Source: Octopus vulgaris
Lineage: Eukaryota
Reading direction: 5' to 3'
DNA: 64,000 nt
NCBI GenBank assembly: GCA_951406725.2
Contig: OX597817.1
Span: 127,968,001-128,032,000 of the forward strand
The notes below the pieces were generated by a model. That model had not been told where the DNA came from, made no database searches, and was given only the letters and a program-made list of their open reading frames with translations. Of this stretch, positions 40,770 through 54,139 are shown one piece after another. A program made the translations under genes and the position numbers. How positions within the stretch are numbered: position 1 is the first letter of the stretch; the number at the start of each line of letters is the position of its first letter.

Positions 40770-40934
40770 CAGTAGTCCCTTCCTCCTCGATGTTTTGCAT
40801 TTATAATAAAATAAATATATGCAAATTATGAAAATAATAAAAGAAATATACAGTTCAATACTGTTTCTACTTCGCAGATTTTCACCTATAGCGGGGGTTT
40901 TGGAACGTAACACCTGCGATAGCCGAAGGATAGT
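40770..40934. mobile_element. Decayed pogo/Tigger-like MITE
   Basis: Starts TA|CAGTAGTCCCT; ends ggaacgtaacacctgcgatagccgaagga, like Tigger-type termini. Confidence 0.5.
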
Positions 40935-40935
40935 C

Positions 40936-41321
40936 TTTACTCTGCTTACTCTTTTTCTTGATTCAGTCATTTGACTGCGGCCATGCTGGAGCACCGCCTT
41001 TAATCGAGCAACTCGACCCCAGGACTTATTCTTTGTAAGCCCAGTACTTATTCTATCGGTCTCTTTTGCCGAACCGCTAAGTAACGGGGACATAAACACA
41101 CCAGCATCGGCTGTCAAGCAATGCTAGGGGGACAAACACAGACACACAAACACATACACACACACATATACATATATATACATATATACGACAGGCTTCT
41201 TTCAGTTTCCGTCTACCAAATCCACTCACAAGGCTTTGGTCGGCCCGAGGCTATAGTAGACTGAACGCGGAACCATGTGGTTGGTAAAAAAGCTACTTAC
41301 CACACAGCCACTCCTCCGCCT
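40936..41321 (-). mobile_element. SINE family B
   Basis: Reverse complement of 33930-34323 with a deletion in the CORE-like part. Confidence 0.88.
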
Positions 41322-42104
41322 ATATGCATATATTGTCTAACTTAATATATTGAGTAATATGCAAACTTTGCGGCGCCCTTCACATTGTGGAAAGAGACCG
41401 ATGTCTTGTAGATCGCTTTTGGGAGCTATGCCAACTGTTGCCACCTACTTCCACACGACAGGCCATTCCATCACTCACTTATCAGTGTGTGACATCTCCG
41501 CACACCATGGGTCTTCGTTTTCAAGCCAACATAAGAATCTTGGCACCATGTCAACGTCAGGTTTAAATGACTGCTCCTCTTTCTGCCCCTACACATTCAC
41601 TTAATTAAACTCTTTCTTAAACATCAACTTCCCTCTCACCTCATATTTTCCCTTCACATTATTAGCCTCGACTTTTCTTGCTTATTCTCAATTCATTATT
41701 CTTTCCTTCTTAATTCTCACACGGTTTCTTCTACCAATTCTTGTTCACCTATGAAGCTCACGTGATTCTACATTCCTTATCAGCTGCACCCAGTTTTTTT
41801 TTGTCAACGTACAAGATGGGAAACACTTGCTGTTTCTCATTTATTTCTCTCCTCCTAACTTTTCCTTGAAAAGTGGCAATGTGTGAAACGCTGGATTTCC
41901 CACTCCCCATGACTAATTTACTGTCGTTTTTTTATGAATTCTATTACATAATACAAGTCTTGGTGATGCAGACTAGTACCAGTTTCTGTGGGGTCTATTT
42001 CATCATATATATGTATGTCTGCGTGTGTGTATATGTGTATGTGTGTATATCCGTGTGTGTGTTTGTGTGTATACACATACATATACATGTAAGTATTATA
42101 TAAA

Positions 42105-43250
42105 GGTAGGAAGAATTCCAACTACGTTTCGTGGTTTGCTACCTCAACAGCTTCTTTATAAGATCCAGTGGCTAAAGACATCATCAGGAGGAACCACGTC
42201 CGGTTTCGGCCCCAACCGTTTTCGACGTGGCGGGTCCCCACCTTTTGGAGGTATCTTCAACTCTGGTGATGAGTGTGTTTTTCTCTTTCTCCTTTTTTTC
42301 TTTGACTTTTTGTTCTTTCTTCGATGCAGCGACAGCGAATGTCAGCGCCAATAGACTCCAGCAGCCAATACTAGCTAACTGTCAAGTGAAACTATCTAAG
42401 CGTCAATTGACCAATAGAGGGGAAGGACACGTAGTTTTGGATCGCGCCCTCTCTAAACCTACATTCCAACAGCGTCGTGTTAGTTTCAGTTCCACCAGCT
42501 AGAACCGACTAGCTGTCTGGTGGTTGAAGCTTTCGAACTATCGCGGAGGAGGACACGCAATGAACGAGAGCGCTCCTGTAGCCCACCTGCTTAAGAGCAA
42601 CGCTGCTTAAGAGCCAGCCAGCCTCACCTAGCGACGTTGTTTCCCACTCGGTATGTTATGGCTTTCGAGCCATTTCTGTTCTCGTTTCAGCCATAGAAAC
42701 TGGCATTGTCGACTGCTTCCTGTATCTTCCTTATTACTTTTAACAGCTCTGAGCTCGAAAATGCAAACCTTATTTTAAATAAAACGTCACCATTTCCCTT
42801 TCGATGAAACCTCCTCCATCCCCTACTACCAGGTGTTAATACTCGACAATCCACTCCTGTTCCCCGTGCCCTTCGATTAATCTATCATACCTCTTCTCCT
42901 TCCATTTCTCTACATTAGTGGTGTACTCTTCCCATGGGACTGTCAGCTCTAACAAAATTCCAATCTTTCATTTTTTGTGCCATAGGATTAAGTCCGCTCA
43001 TTTTGATGTTTTTATGAATGGGAATATTAATAGTCTTTCCAAATCCGCGACCATCTCCCAGTATCCCTTCCATCTTTTTTTCTGTCACGTATACTTTTTT
43101 TGAAAGTCTGGTCTTATGTCTTTTTCCCTCCTTCTGAGAGTATATCCTTCGGTGCTTTTCCACTTTTGGGTACTCTCCCCTATCATATCCCTCGATATTC
43201 TCCTTGAGTGATGCGCTTATGATACCGAGGATTGATTGTGACACCATGTA
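42105..43250 (-). mobile_element. Decayed Penelope-like element remnant
   Basis: Degenerate hammerhead on the minus strand at 42115-42194 (CTGATGA...GAAAC GTA); ORF 42915-43247 has 'KTRLSKKV', faintly like the GIY-YIG-adjacent region. Confidence 0.4.
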
Positions 43251-43359
43251 TATCTGTCTAGTGCTATCCTACAGTTTGTCAGAACATGTCTCACCGTCGC
43301 TTTCTCTCTGCATCTACATTCATCAGTCGTTGTATACACATACATATACATATAAATAT

Positions 43360-43942
43360 TATATAATCTCATTTCATCTAGGTCGTCCCATAGGACGCCC
43401 CATTAGGGGTTTCAGTTGCACATACTATATGAGTCACAGAGGTGCTGCTCCATGTGGTTTCGCAGTTTCCATCTAACTAGAAATATTAGGGTTTCATCCG
43501 TGTCTTCAAGATCCTCTGCATGACATGCTGCTAGTTCAAAGCCAGTAATTTGATCTGTTAAATCCTGCCGATAACTAAATCCACGCTCTGCTGCCGGCGC
43601 TTCGATTTATTGCCGTTAAGGTTTTGTTTGTCTCCTACTCTTCAAACTGTCTGGCCTGGTAAAACCTGCCTTAAGATTTCTCTCCCTCCAGCATAACTCT
43701 CCGGGTCAATGGAGCATACACGCGCTTCACCGCGACATGGTATTTATTGAAATGGCCGTTGAATACACAGTAGTCCTTCCGCCCTTTGACAGGTCTTATT
43801 TCTCTTCCCGCTAGGTGTCCATCAGTTACCCTTCTAACCAAGCAAGCTTGATGGGGATGCCACTTTAGTCGCCGACGACCCGAACATGCGACAGGTTGTA
43901 CTGGGTTACATGTTACCAGTAGCACTCAAGAGCGACCTGACA
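43360..43942 (-). mobile_element. RTE-like non-autonomous derivative (GC-richer leader joined to C-terminal remnant)
   Basis: Minus strand ends in 'PNGRPMGRPR', like the RTE C-terminal GRPR motif; no RT in between. Confidence 0.4.
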
Positions 43943-45468
43943 TGAAGTATTATATAAAGGTAGATACATATAACATTAATTTAAATGATTTATACGCACG
44001 CATATTGACATATATTTCGTAAGATTATATATAGACGTGTTTGCAAGAATATATATATTATGTGGTTATACTTATGATTTTTTCGTTAGGAGTGAAGTCA
44101 CCCCCAAATCAGAAACCTGACACTAATGCTTGGAAACTACTAAAAGAATACAAGTTTTCAGATGGTAGTTGTAAACCATTTGATATGTTGCTGGAACTGA
44201 ACACAATGGAAGAAATCAAAATAAATGCACAAAAGGCATTCGATACCACAAAATACTTCTATTTCGGTCAAATCCATTGCAAAAAGAACGTAAAAGGAAG
44301 AAAGTCGCATAGTTTCAGTCATTAGAGGCAGCCATGATGAGGCAGAGGTTTGAAAAATTTTTAGTCATAGAACTTACTCCGCAAACTTCTTTATATATAT
44401 ATATATATACATTTGTATTTGCGTGTATATGTATGCATTGAATATATAAATATCAATATATACAGTGAGAGAGATTATGAATCTGTATTAAAACATATAT
44501 ATCTATTCTTAAATGCAAGCAATATGTATATATACAGTAGACACACATACACATATGTATATTCACATATATACAGATACATATATACATTTATAAATAT
44601 ATATGCGAGTGTTTATATACATATACATGTATATATATGTTTATTTATATATATATATATATATATATACGCGCATGCACATACACATTATAAAATCGAT
44701 GCTAAGTAGTGTAACTGACAGAGGATTTTTTTTCTTTTTATTTTTAATTAATAAAGAAATTCATACACTCAATTAAAATGTATCTGTTTTCGGATGAGAA
44801 AGAAAATAAGTAAGAATTTTTCGGTGTTTGTACGGATATTATCTCCTGTCTATTGATTCGTTCTGTAATGTAATTAACTTCTTTTCTGATGTAGCTCAAA
44901 CGAACATTATCACAAAAGCTAAATAAAGTTGTCAATGATCAGTTTTGATGCGTACCTATTGATTTACGAATAAATTCTTCCCAAACAACAGTATGCTACT
45001 TATATATTATAAAGCTTGATGTCTATATGTGCGTATAATATACATAAATAGATATGTGTGCCTGCTTCCGTGTGTGAGTGTGTGCGTGTATGTGTATATA
45101 TGTGTGTACAAAATCTATATTCTTGCGAGATTCTATAGAATTCTTTCAAAATAGTTTGGAGAACATGGAGTTCTTCGTAATGGTTACATATCGCGCTCCA
45201 TTTACAGTGCTACATAGATATTTACGCGCACGCCGTACACACACACACAAACACACACACATTCGCACACACACACGTGTGAACGTGCATGCACATGTTC
45301 CAGTTTTTCATGCATGGTGTATTATCAACCAGTGTGAATATATGTGAGAGTATATGCATATGTCAATATCTGGATATATGTATGTAAGTATGCGCAATTA
45401 TGAGTGCCTGGGTAAGAATTACATGTCGCATCCACAAGAACTGTATGTGTGAGTATATGCAAATATAC

Positions 45469-45517
<49 letters not shown>

Positions 45518-45628
45518 TATACATATATATGCATGTAAGTATATATGTATGTATATATGTATATATATATATGCATATATACGTTTATATATGTATATAT
45601 ATGTATTTACATATATATATATATATAT

Positions 45629-45683
<55 letters not shown>

Positions 45684-45804
45684 GAGGGTACTACTATTCA
45701 TAGATACCGCACGCTAGGAGGGACCCCTGCGGTCAAAACTACTAAAATAAAGAAATTGTACCGAATGCAAAACTTCAAAGCAAGTCACATAAAAAAAGAA
45801 TTTA

Positions 45805-45868
45805 GTTACATATCACCTGTGATTTCGCAATTAATGCAGAATATGCATTATATGTTCATCAGTGCAAC
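45805..45868 (-). ncRNA. Type I hammerhead ribozyme candidate (best in window)
   Basis: GUUGCA CUGAUGA acaua-uaaugca-uauuc-ugcauua-auugc GAAA ucac-ag-guga UA UGUAAC; all three stems pair. Confidence 0.75.
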
Positions 45869-46138
45869 AGACTCAAGGCATATAAGAAAAAACATAACAT
45901 TACAAACCCGACAGCCAACGGTAGAATTCGTCGTAGCATGTACGAATGTTTATCTTTACATATCTATGAAAATGGCGGGCTTATTCGCAATGCATTTCGG
46001 TAACAAATGCACTTCGGTAAATTTATATATACATATATATGTAATGTATGTATCTGTATATATGTATATATATATATAGCTGTATGTGTATATATATATA
46101 TGTATGTATGCATGTCTGTATGGATATACATATATATA

Positions 46139-46169
<31 letters not shown>

Positions 46170-46499
46170 AGAAACAACTCTACCAAGAAGTAGGGGAAAA
46201 CTATAGCACTAAATTTAGAATATATATTGAAAAGGCACGGAAGAGGTACCTTGACGATTGCTTCATAATCTGGACAGAATCTTTAAATACTCTGGAAGTC
46301 TTCAATATCTTTCTGAACAACCTACACCCATCTCTCCAATTTACAAAGGAGATTAGTTGTACCATATTAACAATCCTAAATATAATGATAATTGAAAAGG
46401 ACACCACCATTACTACATATATATACTAAAAACGCACGGACACACAACAGTTTTATAAACAAGTTTATAAACAAACAACTCATACCTCATATGAGTGAC

Positions 46500-47500
46500 A
46501 ATGAAAAAACAAAATATTGTGAATAACGGTGTTAATGAAACCGAAGCCATTGATGGTGACAGTGTTGCACCCAGCAGGCGCAGAGATTCTGGCCCGACTC
46601 CAACCTATTGATATCCAGAAAGAGACTACCACACATGGCGTAGATGGAGCAAGCAAATTAATGCTGTGGTCATGGAGTGTTACTACCTGAGCAAACCTGT
46701 AGATGAAAATGGTGCTCAAATTATGAGTTACCGACAAAGTATGTATGATCATTGGAGGGAAAAGGGATTGTTTCAACTCACGAAACAGAGACTATGTGAA
46801 CAAGCTAGAGCAATAAGAAAAAATCGTTGGTTCACAGAAGTAGAGCTCGAAGCCATCAAAAGACGGGTCTTGGAAGATAGCAGCAGAGATAACGATGAAA
46901 ATACAGTTCTTAATAATAAAAGTAATCTCATAGCACAGGAAAGGAGCAGTGGTAGTTTACATGATGAGTGACATATAGATGATCTGAAAGAAAACAATAA
47001 AACTAATGGCGACATGACAGATGAACAAAAGGCAATCTACGACAGAATAAAGGCAAGACTACAGGAGAACGATAGCGACTTTATTTGCACTCTTAAAAAG
47101 GTTGATCGGTGGGAATTGAACCAAGAATCGAAAAATATCAAGGAAATTCTGAAATACATCAGAACAAACAAAATCACAAAAACTAATAATTTGATCACCT
47201 TGTTAAATGCCGACCAAGAAACACCAGAATGGTTGACATTGGGTAGGACAGTACTGTGCTTGAAAAACATCGAAAAAGGCAATACGGTAGACAATTACAG
47301 GCCGATATCCTGTTTGCTACCTATGTGGAAATTTTTGACTGGAATACTCGCAGAGTCAATGTACGAACATCTGGAAAAGATAGAGTCCTGCCACAGGAGC
47401 AGAAGGGTGGCAAGCGTAAGTGCAGAGGTACCAAGGATCAACTCCTGATAGACAAAACTGTACTTAGAGACTACAAGAGGAGGAAAACTAACTTAGTCGA
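46500..47500 (+). pseudogene. 5' portion (N-terminal domain plus RT start) of an R4/Dong-like ORF, internally deleted
   Basis: VMECYYLSKP..YRQSMYDHW..QRLCEQARAIRKNRWFTEVELEAI, then [27 protein letters not shown], then [15 protein letters not shown]; stops and frameshifts. Confidence 0.85.
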
Positions 47501-47529
47501 TCCATGACATTTGTTATATGTTGCTGCCA

Positions 47530-47770
47530 TTTCACATTTAGGGCCATTCGTAGCATCCTTGTATAGCATCTATTTAGCCCATTTGATAACTTCTTTCTCA
47601 GTGTTCAGGTTTAACAGCCATATAATAGCACCGATTCGACCGTTGCAATGATTTTGATTTGCATGGGAAATTTGGAGTTCCACTCATTCTTCATCTTGAA
47701 GTCTGCTTCCAAACTGTTCACCCAACCACCAAAATACTTGATATCATAGACATCCTTTACTTCCAGGAAA
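47530..47770 (-). pseudogene. RTE-clade LINE fragment (end of RT / thumb)
   Basis: Minus strand: DIKYFGGWV...ATVESVLLYGC...YTRMLRMAL. Confidence 0.75.
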
Positions 47771-49718
47771 CCGCGAATATACACCCGAAGTGGGTGAGTG
47801 CACCCTGAACAAGGTTGTTTGAGAGACTAGAAGCTACAGTTGGTACCCTTTTTTATTAATCTAAAAATTATGAAAGAAAATATTGACTTCGGTCAGGTTT
47901 GAACGCAGAACATAAAGTGACGGGAAAATGTTATTTTCTCTGAGGCTGTAACGATTTTCCATTGATGTCTCTTAAGATGCTATAAGCTTCTACGCGGTCG
48001 CACTACAAGCAAGAGTTAGTAACCAAACTGTCTGAAAATAATCAAGGTTAGAACTTTTTTACATAGGCCGGTTGGGCCAAACGAAAGCCGTATGCCCAAC
48101 TGCTGCAACATAACATTTCAGATTTCAGAATCAACAAATAGAAGACTAACAATTAACCAGATAAACATGTGCTTTTTTTTACCTGTATCCCAGATGAAAA
48201 TGTGCTATTTCTTACCTGTATCCAGATTTCAGAACCAGATGACTCGTAATTAACCATTCTTACAGACTTTTGTCCATTACTTCGAGTCTCATACGAATTC
48301 CAGTATCTTGTATGAAATCTAATGTTATGGTGTGGCAGAATCGGTAGAACAGCCGAATAAATTGTTATTAATTAATTTTCGAAAAGTTGGCTAGACAGCA
48401 ATTCTTCTATGGACACCATCAAAATAAACTAAAATCATTAATCAGATAGATTTCCAGGCTGAAGGCATACAGCCAAATCCAGAATACACTTGGTCAAGAT
48501 TGTGGAAGCAAAATGTTTGAAGCATCCTCGCTGTCGTCACTTTTTAAACTACCTTCTCAATCTTAGTGGTCTTTGATCTGTTGCAATCATTTCAATATGT
48601 TCCTCAATGTGAGAATAACTTGATATTTTAATGTGATGTTTCGTACTGCAAAAATCCATAAGTTGTACGCTCTTTCGTCCCTTCTTTCTTTCTTTCTCTC
48701 TCGCTCTATCTCATTCTGTCTCTTTTTCTTCCTTTCTTCACTTCTTTCTTTCTGTCTTTTTTTTTTCTCCCTCGTCTCTCCTTCCTCTTCTCTAGAAAAC
48801 CCAGCAAAGTTGACGGCCTTTGCTTGTCCGCTTTTGAGAAATTTATAAAAATATATGCGGAAACAGACAAAACAGAAAGTAAAAATTCACAGATATTTAG
48901 CTATCATCATAAAAATTAAACTAAAGTAATATACAAGCATTACTATATTTTAGTTCCAGTACTTTTACACCTTTCTTTGCCTCCAAAACTTCTAATTAAT
49001 GCCAGGTTCATATACAGATTTCGTACATTTTGGAGAGGTTGTAACCGAAGTTATAAATTATCAGGATTTTTAGTACGATTAGAATGGTGGAGTAGAACAA
49101 AAAGTGGGATAGAGTGTCAGATACTACAAGCTTTGCAATAATGTTTCTATACATTCTTCCTTCGAATAACGACAGCACGGTACTTCTTTTGAGTTGATCC
49201 TAAACGTACCAGAAATGCAGTAGAATTTGTTTAATCATATATGTCCTTATCTCTACAAATCTTTGAACACGTATAAAGCTTATAAATCAATATTTTCTGC
49301 AAAAATATACTGGATATTTGACTTATTAATTTTGGTTATTACGAGTACTACGACAATCTATGGAACAACGAAAGTATTCACGTATAGATATCTTCTGTTT
49401 TTTGATATTTTTCTGTTGGCATTGTTATATGTTTCATGTGATGAGTACGTATCTTTCTGTAGCAGTGACGTAATATATGTTATCATTAACAATTATTTTT
49501 TTTTCTTATGAAACTACTAAAGCTAAAGAGAAATAATAAAATAAACAACAAAATAACTGACTGTTGCTACTTCTAGCTTTTTATCGCAATACTTAATCAT
49601 GTTAACAGTGCAGTGTCCTGTCAACATAGTAATGATATATCATACGTGGTTTTCTCTCTCTGTCTTTCTTTCTCTCACTCTCACTCTCTCTCTCTCCCTC
49701 TATCTCTCTCTCTCTCTC

Positions 49719-49761
<43 letters not shown>

Positions 49762-49908
49762 ATATATATGTTCTTAACATTGACTTCGAAGTGATTGTCA
49801 AGAGCATTCTTTTATAAGAATAATAAATTTGTATTCTACAAATGTATGGAGTAACCCGTCAGATTAATATAAAATTGCTTTTTTTATATAACTGAAAATA
49901 AAAGGAAT

Positions 49909-49965
<57 letters not shown>

Positions 49966-49990
49966 CACATGTGTCTATATGTATTTACGA

Positions 49991-50060
<70 letters not shown>

Positions 50061-50065
<5 letters not shown>

Positions 50066-51442
50066 GAAATGAAGAAAATGCTGACAAATAATTGAAGTAA
50101 TTTAAGTAATTTAATTAGGTGAAAGTTCTTTTTACCGGTTGCGCATTTGTTATGCTTATCAAAATATAAAAGAGAGATTAGAGTCTGTCTCTTATATGTG
50201 AAAAAAAGAGGCTCCAGAGTTGTTTGGGATTTGCTTGGTTTCGCGCCTAAAATTTTGATTGGTCATTATGAAGGGGTCACGTGAATGTTTGAATGGAAGT
50301 TGGTGTTGGGGTAAGAAAAAGGCTCCAGAGAAGTTAAAATTTGGCTAGTGTCCCGCCTAAAATTTCTTATTGGCCATAATAAAGAGGTCACGTGAATGTT
50401 TAGAATTTTCGAAAATAGTGTTGTTGAAAATTCTTATTGTTCAGGCTGGTCAGTAGACGTCATGTGGATATTTTAAATAACTTTTTAGCGCGTAGTTAGG
50501 GAGTGTATTTTCCGCTTGACTGGATAAGTAAGTTCGTTTAGAACAGGGAGAGCTGTATGTATGTATGTGTGTGCGCGCGCCAATAAATACAGACCACTTC
50601 TAAACACATGCCCCTAACACGAACCCACAACAAACACACTTACACCTGCACACACACCCTACACACACCTTTACCCAGATATTAACACCATGACACACAC
50701 AAATATATGGTTCCACACATACACATAATTGAATACGGGTGCAAAACATCCAACACTATTTTTTGGAAATGGCTGTAAATATTGACTTCACACAAATACG
50801 TTGCTTCCCGATACAAGCACGAGGCCAGCAGAACTATAAATATTGAAAATTTTACCCACACACACACACATATATACACGCGCGCGCGCCCCAACATACA
50901 TATAAACACACACACGCGCGCGCGCGCGCACACACATACATACATACAGCTCTCCCTGTTCTAAACGAACTTACTTATCCAGTCAAGCGGAAAATACACT
51001 CCCTAACTACGCGCTAAAAAGCTATTTAAAATATCCACATGACGTCTACTGACCAGCCTGAACAATAAGAATTTTCAACAACACTATTTTCGAAAATTCT
51101 AAACATTCACGTGACCTCTTTATTATGGCCAATAAGAAATTTTAGGCGGGACACTAGCCAAATTTTAACTTCTCTGGAGCCTTTTTTCTTACCCCAACAC
51201 CAACTTCCATTCAAACATTCACGTGACCCCTTCATAATGACCAATCAAAATTTTAGGCGCGAAACCAAGCAAATCCCAAACAACTCTGGAGCCTCTTTTT
51301 TTCACATATAAGAGACAGACTCTAATCTCTCTTTTATATTTTGATAAGCATAACAAATGCGCAACCGGTAAAAAGAACTTTCACCTAATTAAATTACTTA
51401 AATTACTTCAATTATTTGTCAGCATTTTCTTCATTTCCTTTT
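50061..51442. mobile_element. Young foldback element: 520-bp near-perfect inverted arms (50061-50580, 50922-51442) with a 341-bp spacer
   Basis: Arms are reverse complements apart from one substitution and one homopolymer indel that I could find; TA-repeat flanks. Confidence 0.92.
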
Positions 51443-51478
51443 TTATATATCACCACTCGTGTTCGACATCTCCTTTTT

Positions 51479-51518
<40 letters not shown>

Positions 51519-51558
51519 TACACATATATATACATACTCATATATACATATATATATG

Positions 51559-51602
<44 letters not shown>

Positions 51603-51628
51603 AATATATATATATATATATATATATA

Positions 51629-51713
51629 CAAAGAATAAGTCCTGGGGTCGATTGGCTCGACTAAAGGCGGTGCTCCAGTATGGCCGCAGTCAAATGACTG
51701 AAGAAGTAAAAGA
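51629..51713 (+). mobile_element. 3' fragment of SINE family B
   Basis: aaagaataagtcctggggtcga...ggccgcagtcaaatgactgaa. Confidence 0.8.
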
Positions 51714-51728
51714 ATATATATATATACA

Positions 51729-51788
<60 letters not shown>

Positions 51789-53413
51789 TGTGTGTGTAGA
51801 TACGCATATAATCTTCGGAGTATACAGATGAGAAGTTCAAACAGTACTTACTATTAGGGGTTAGAGTTAATTAGAGTTATGACAGCTCCCCGCTTACATC
51901 TAAATGTTCGAATTTTACTTTTTACACATTTACACTTTTCAGTGTTCAACATCTTACAGATTGCATTCACACTTCTTCGGTCAAATAACCAGATTGCAGA
52001 CTAGTGATGCGTCAGATGATACTAGTAAATTTTGTTCCTAAACATATTCAATTTTAAATTATCTTATTTGTTTTGTTTGTTCTTTATTGTAGTAACTTAA
52101 TTATTATATCCATGCATATGAATATATTTATATATAAATATATAATGAGGATGTAAATACACATATATAAATGTATTTATAATGCGGATGTATATATATA
52201 TGTGTGTGTGTGTGTGGTTGTATGTATATATATATACATGCATATATATACACATATACATACAGATATAAAGCGAGACGGAGAAAACGATCGTGGTTTT
52301 CGCATCTAATTTGCACGATACCTAGCAGCATGATTTAGTTAATCATGTCTTACTGGTCCATGTTATGAAAATCCAATCATTAAAACCCGATTAGATACTT
52401 TCTTTATTAGTTTTTCTAGTGATTGCAAGGAATTCTGATTGGGTAAAACTCATTAGCAATGTTACGTATTGAAAAGTTCGTTAGTCAAGGAATGAAGCAT
52501 TCTATATAATTCAATTATAATCGATACTCACTTCCGATTAATATTGACTCATATAACATTGATAACAAAACCGATCAAGTTTTGTGTTTATAGTTTTTCA
52601 GTGTTTGTTGTTTTGTTCTCTTAGCAAATCTATAATTATTATTCTGTGTATCATGATAATCGCCAACATCGTTAGTAATTGTTGTAACGTTAATCATAAT
52701 ATACTTTTGACTCTTCCTCGTTTTAACCTTAAGCTATGAACAGAGTCAGAATAGTAATAGTAAGCTGCTTGGAAGTGAACATTTTAATCACATACTCCAC
52801 AAATTCGCTCTCTGACCCCAGTTCGAACATTTACCAACCAACCAATTCTATTTGAAGGTGTTGAGGTCAGCTTGAGAATTGCAATATTTACTGCAGAAAA
52901 TTACTTTTCAAAGTCGCTATTGAAATATATTTGAAGAAATAAGTTCACATTTGATTTCTCTATATTTAGATAACAACATACACTTTTAAATATATTCACT
53001 AAATATGTCTCGTGTGATTCTCAATAACTTCACCTTTTAAAACTTAGCATGTCTTTCTAAGAAACATATAATTCACCTAGCTGTATGATTTGGACTCAGA
53101 GGTTCACTTGACTTCTGATTTGGTAGTATGACAACATAAGATGAAAAAAGAAAAGTAAACAAATTTTTCGAAGTTAACCCTCATATACAAAATATATCAT
53201 GAAAAGTTTCCGTTGTAGAATGGCGTTTTTTTATATTAGATAATCTAAGAAGGCGTGAAAAGCTCGTTACATTTTCTGTCTTTGCCAAAGAATGCCATGA
53301 AAATAGTTCCATATGATTCAGTTTTATTATTGTTCATTTTCAGTCTCTGTCAGTTAGATATCAGATGAAATAAAATTGACTTGATTACAGATCATATAAT
53401 TCCGAGAACTTAC

Positions 53414-53514
53414 CATTTCCCTATCTGTTTAGCACATATTGTAAGACAAATGATAGGATACTCCAGAAAAGTATAGTCAGAGATACTTTGGCTAAGGTAA
53501 AACGGTAGCAATTT
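53414..53514 (-). other. Candidate 101-nt spliced exon
   Basis: Minus strand: atttgcttttacctttcag| ... ATG|gtaagt; one open frame (KLLPFYLSQSISDYTFLEYPIICLTICAKQIGK); no homology recognised. Confidence 0.3.
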
Positions 53515-54139
53515 CTGAAAGGTAAAAGCAAATACAGATAATGTAATGAAAAATCTATTTACTCTTTTTATTATCAGTAAATTCACATCGTTCGGAAATG
53601 GCTGCTTTGACTTGTTTGTGACACATTTCTCGCAAATAAACGCTGTCAGTTTCTCACCAGCGTACATAATTAGTGTCTTGAAAGGTAAAAAAGTGTTTTC
53701 TGATTTTTCTGCCAGAATATAAAGACATTGTGAGCTATGTCAACCGTCTCATACAATATTCATGAGTAACTTCTATAACACAAGTTCAATAATGTGTTAA
53801 ATCGTGTTAATATGAATCTAAGAATATATTATAATACAATCGCAATTCAACTTCGAAATGTTTTGATATACAAAGTGTTTTATTAGACCTAAGTATAAAA
53901 TTTGAAATGCAGCCTTGATAAATCATATATAAATTAGTCAAGCATTATAAACTATGTCTTTGTCGTTGTTCAGTATAGTTGTTTACTTCACTAACTTAAA
54001 GTCCACTCTGGTATATCAGAAATTTCTTCACCAAGACTAGTTCATTAATATTGAGTTATTCTAACAACACAAAAGCTTGTAGGGGATTTCGATTTTTATA
54101 GGGAAGTCTGTCGTGTACATATATATACATATAAAGAGG

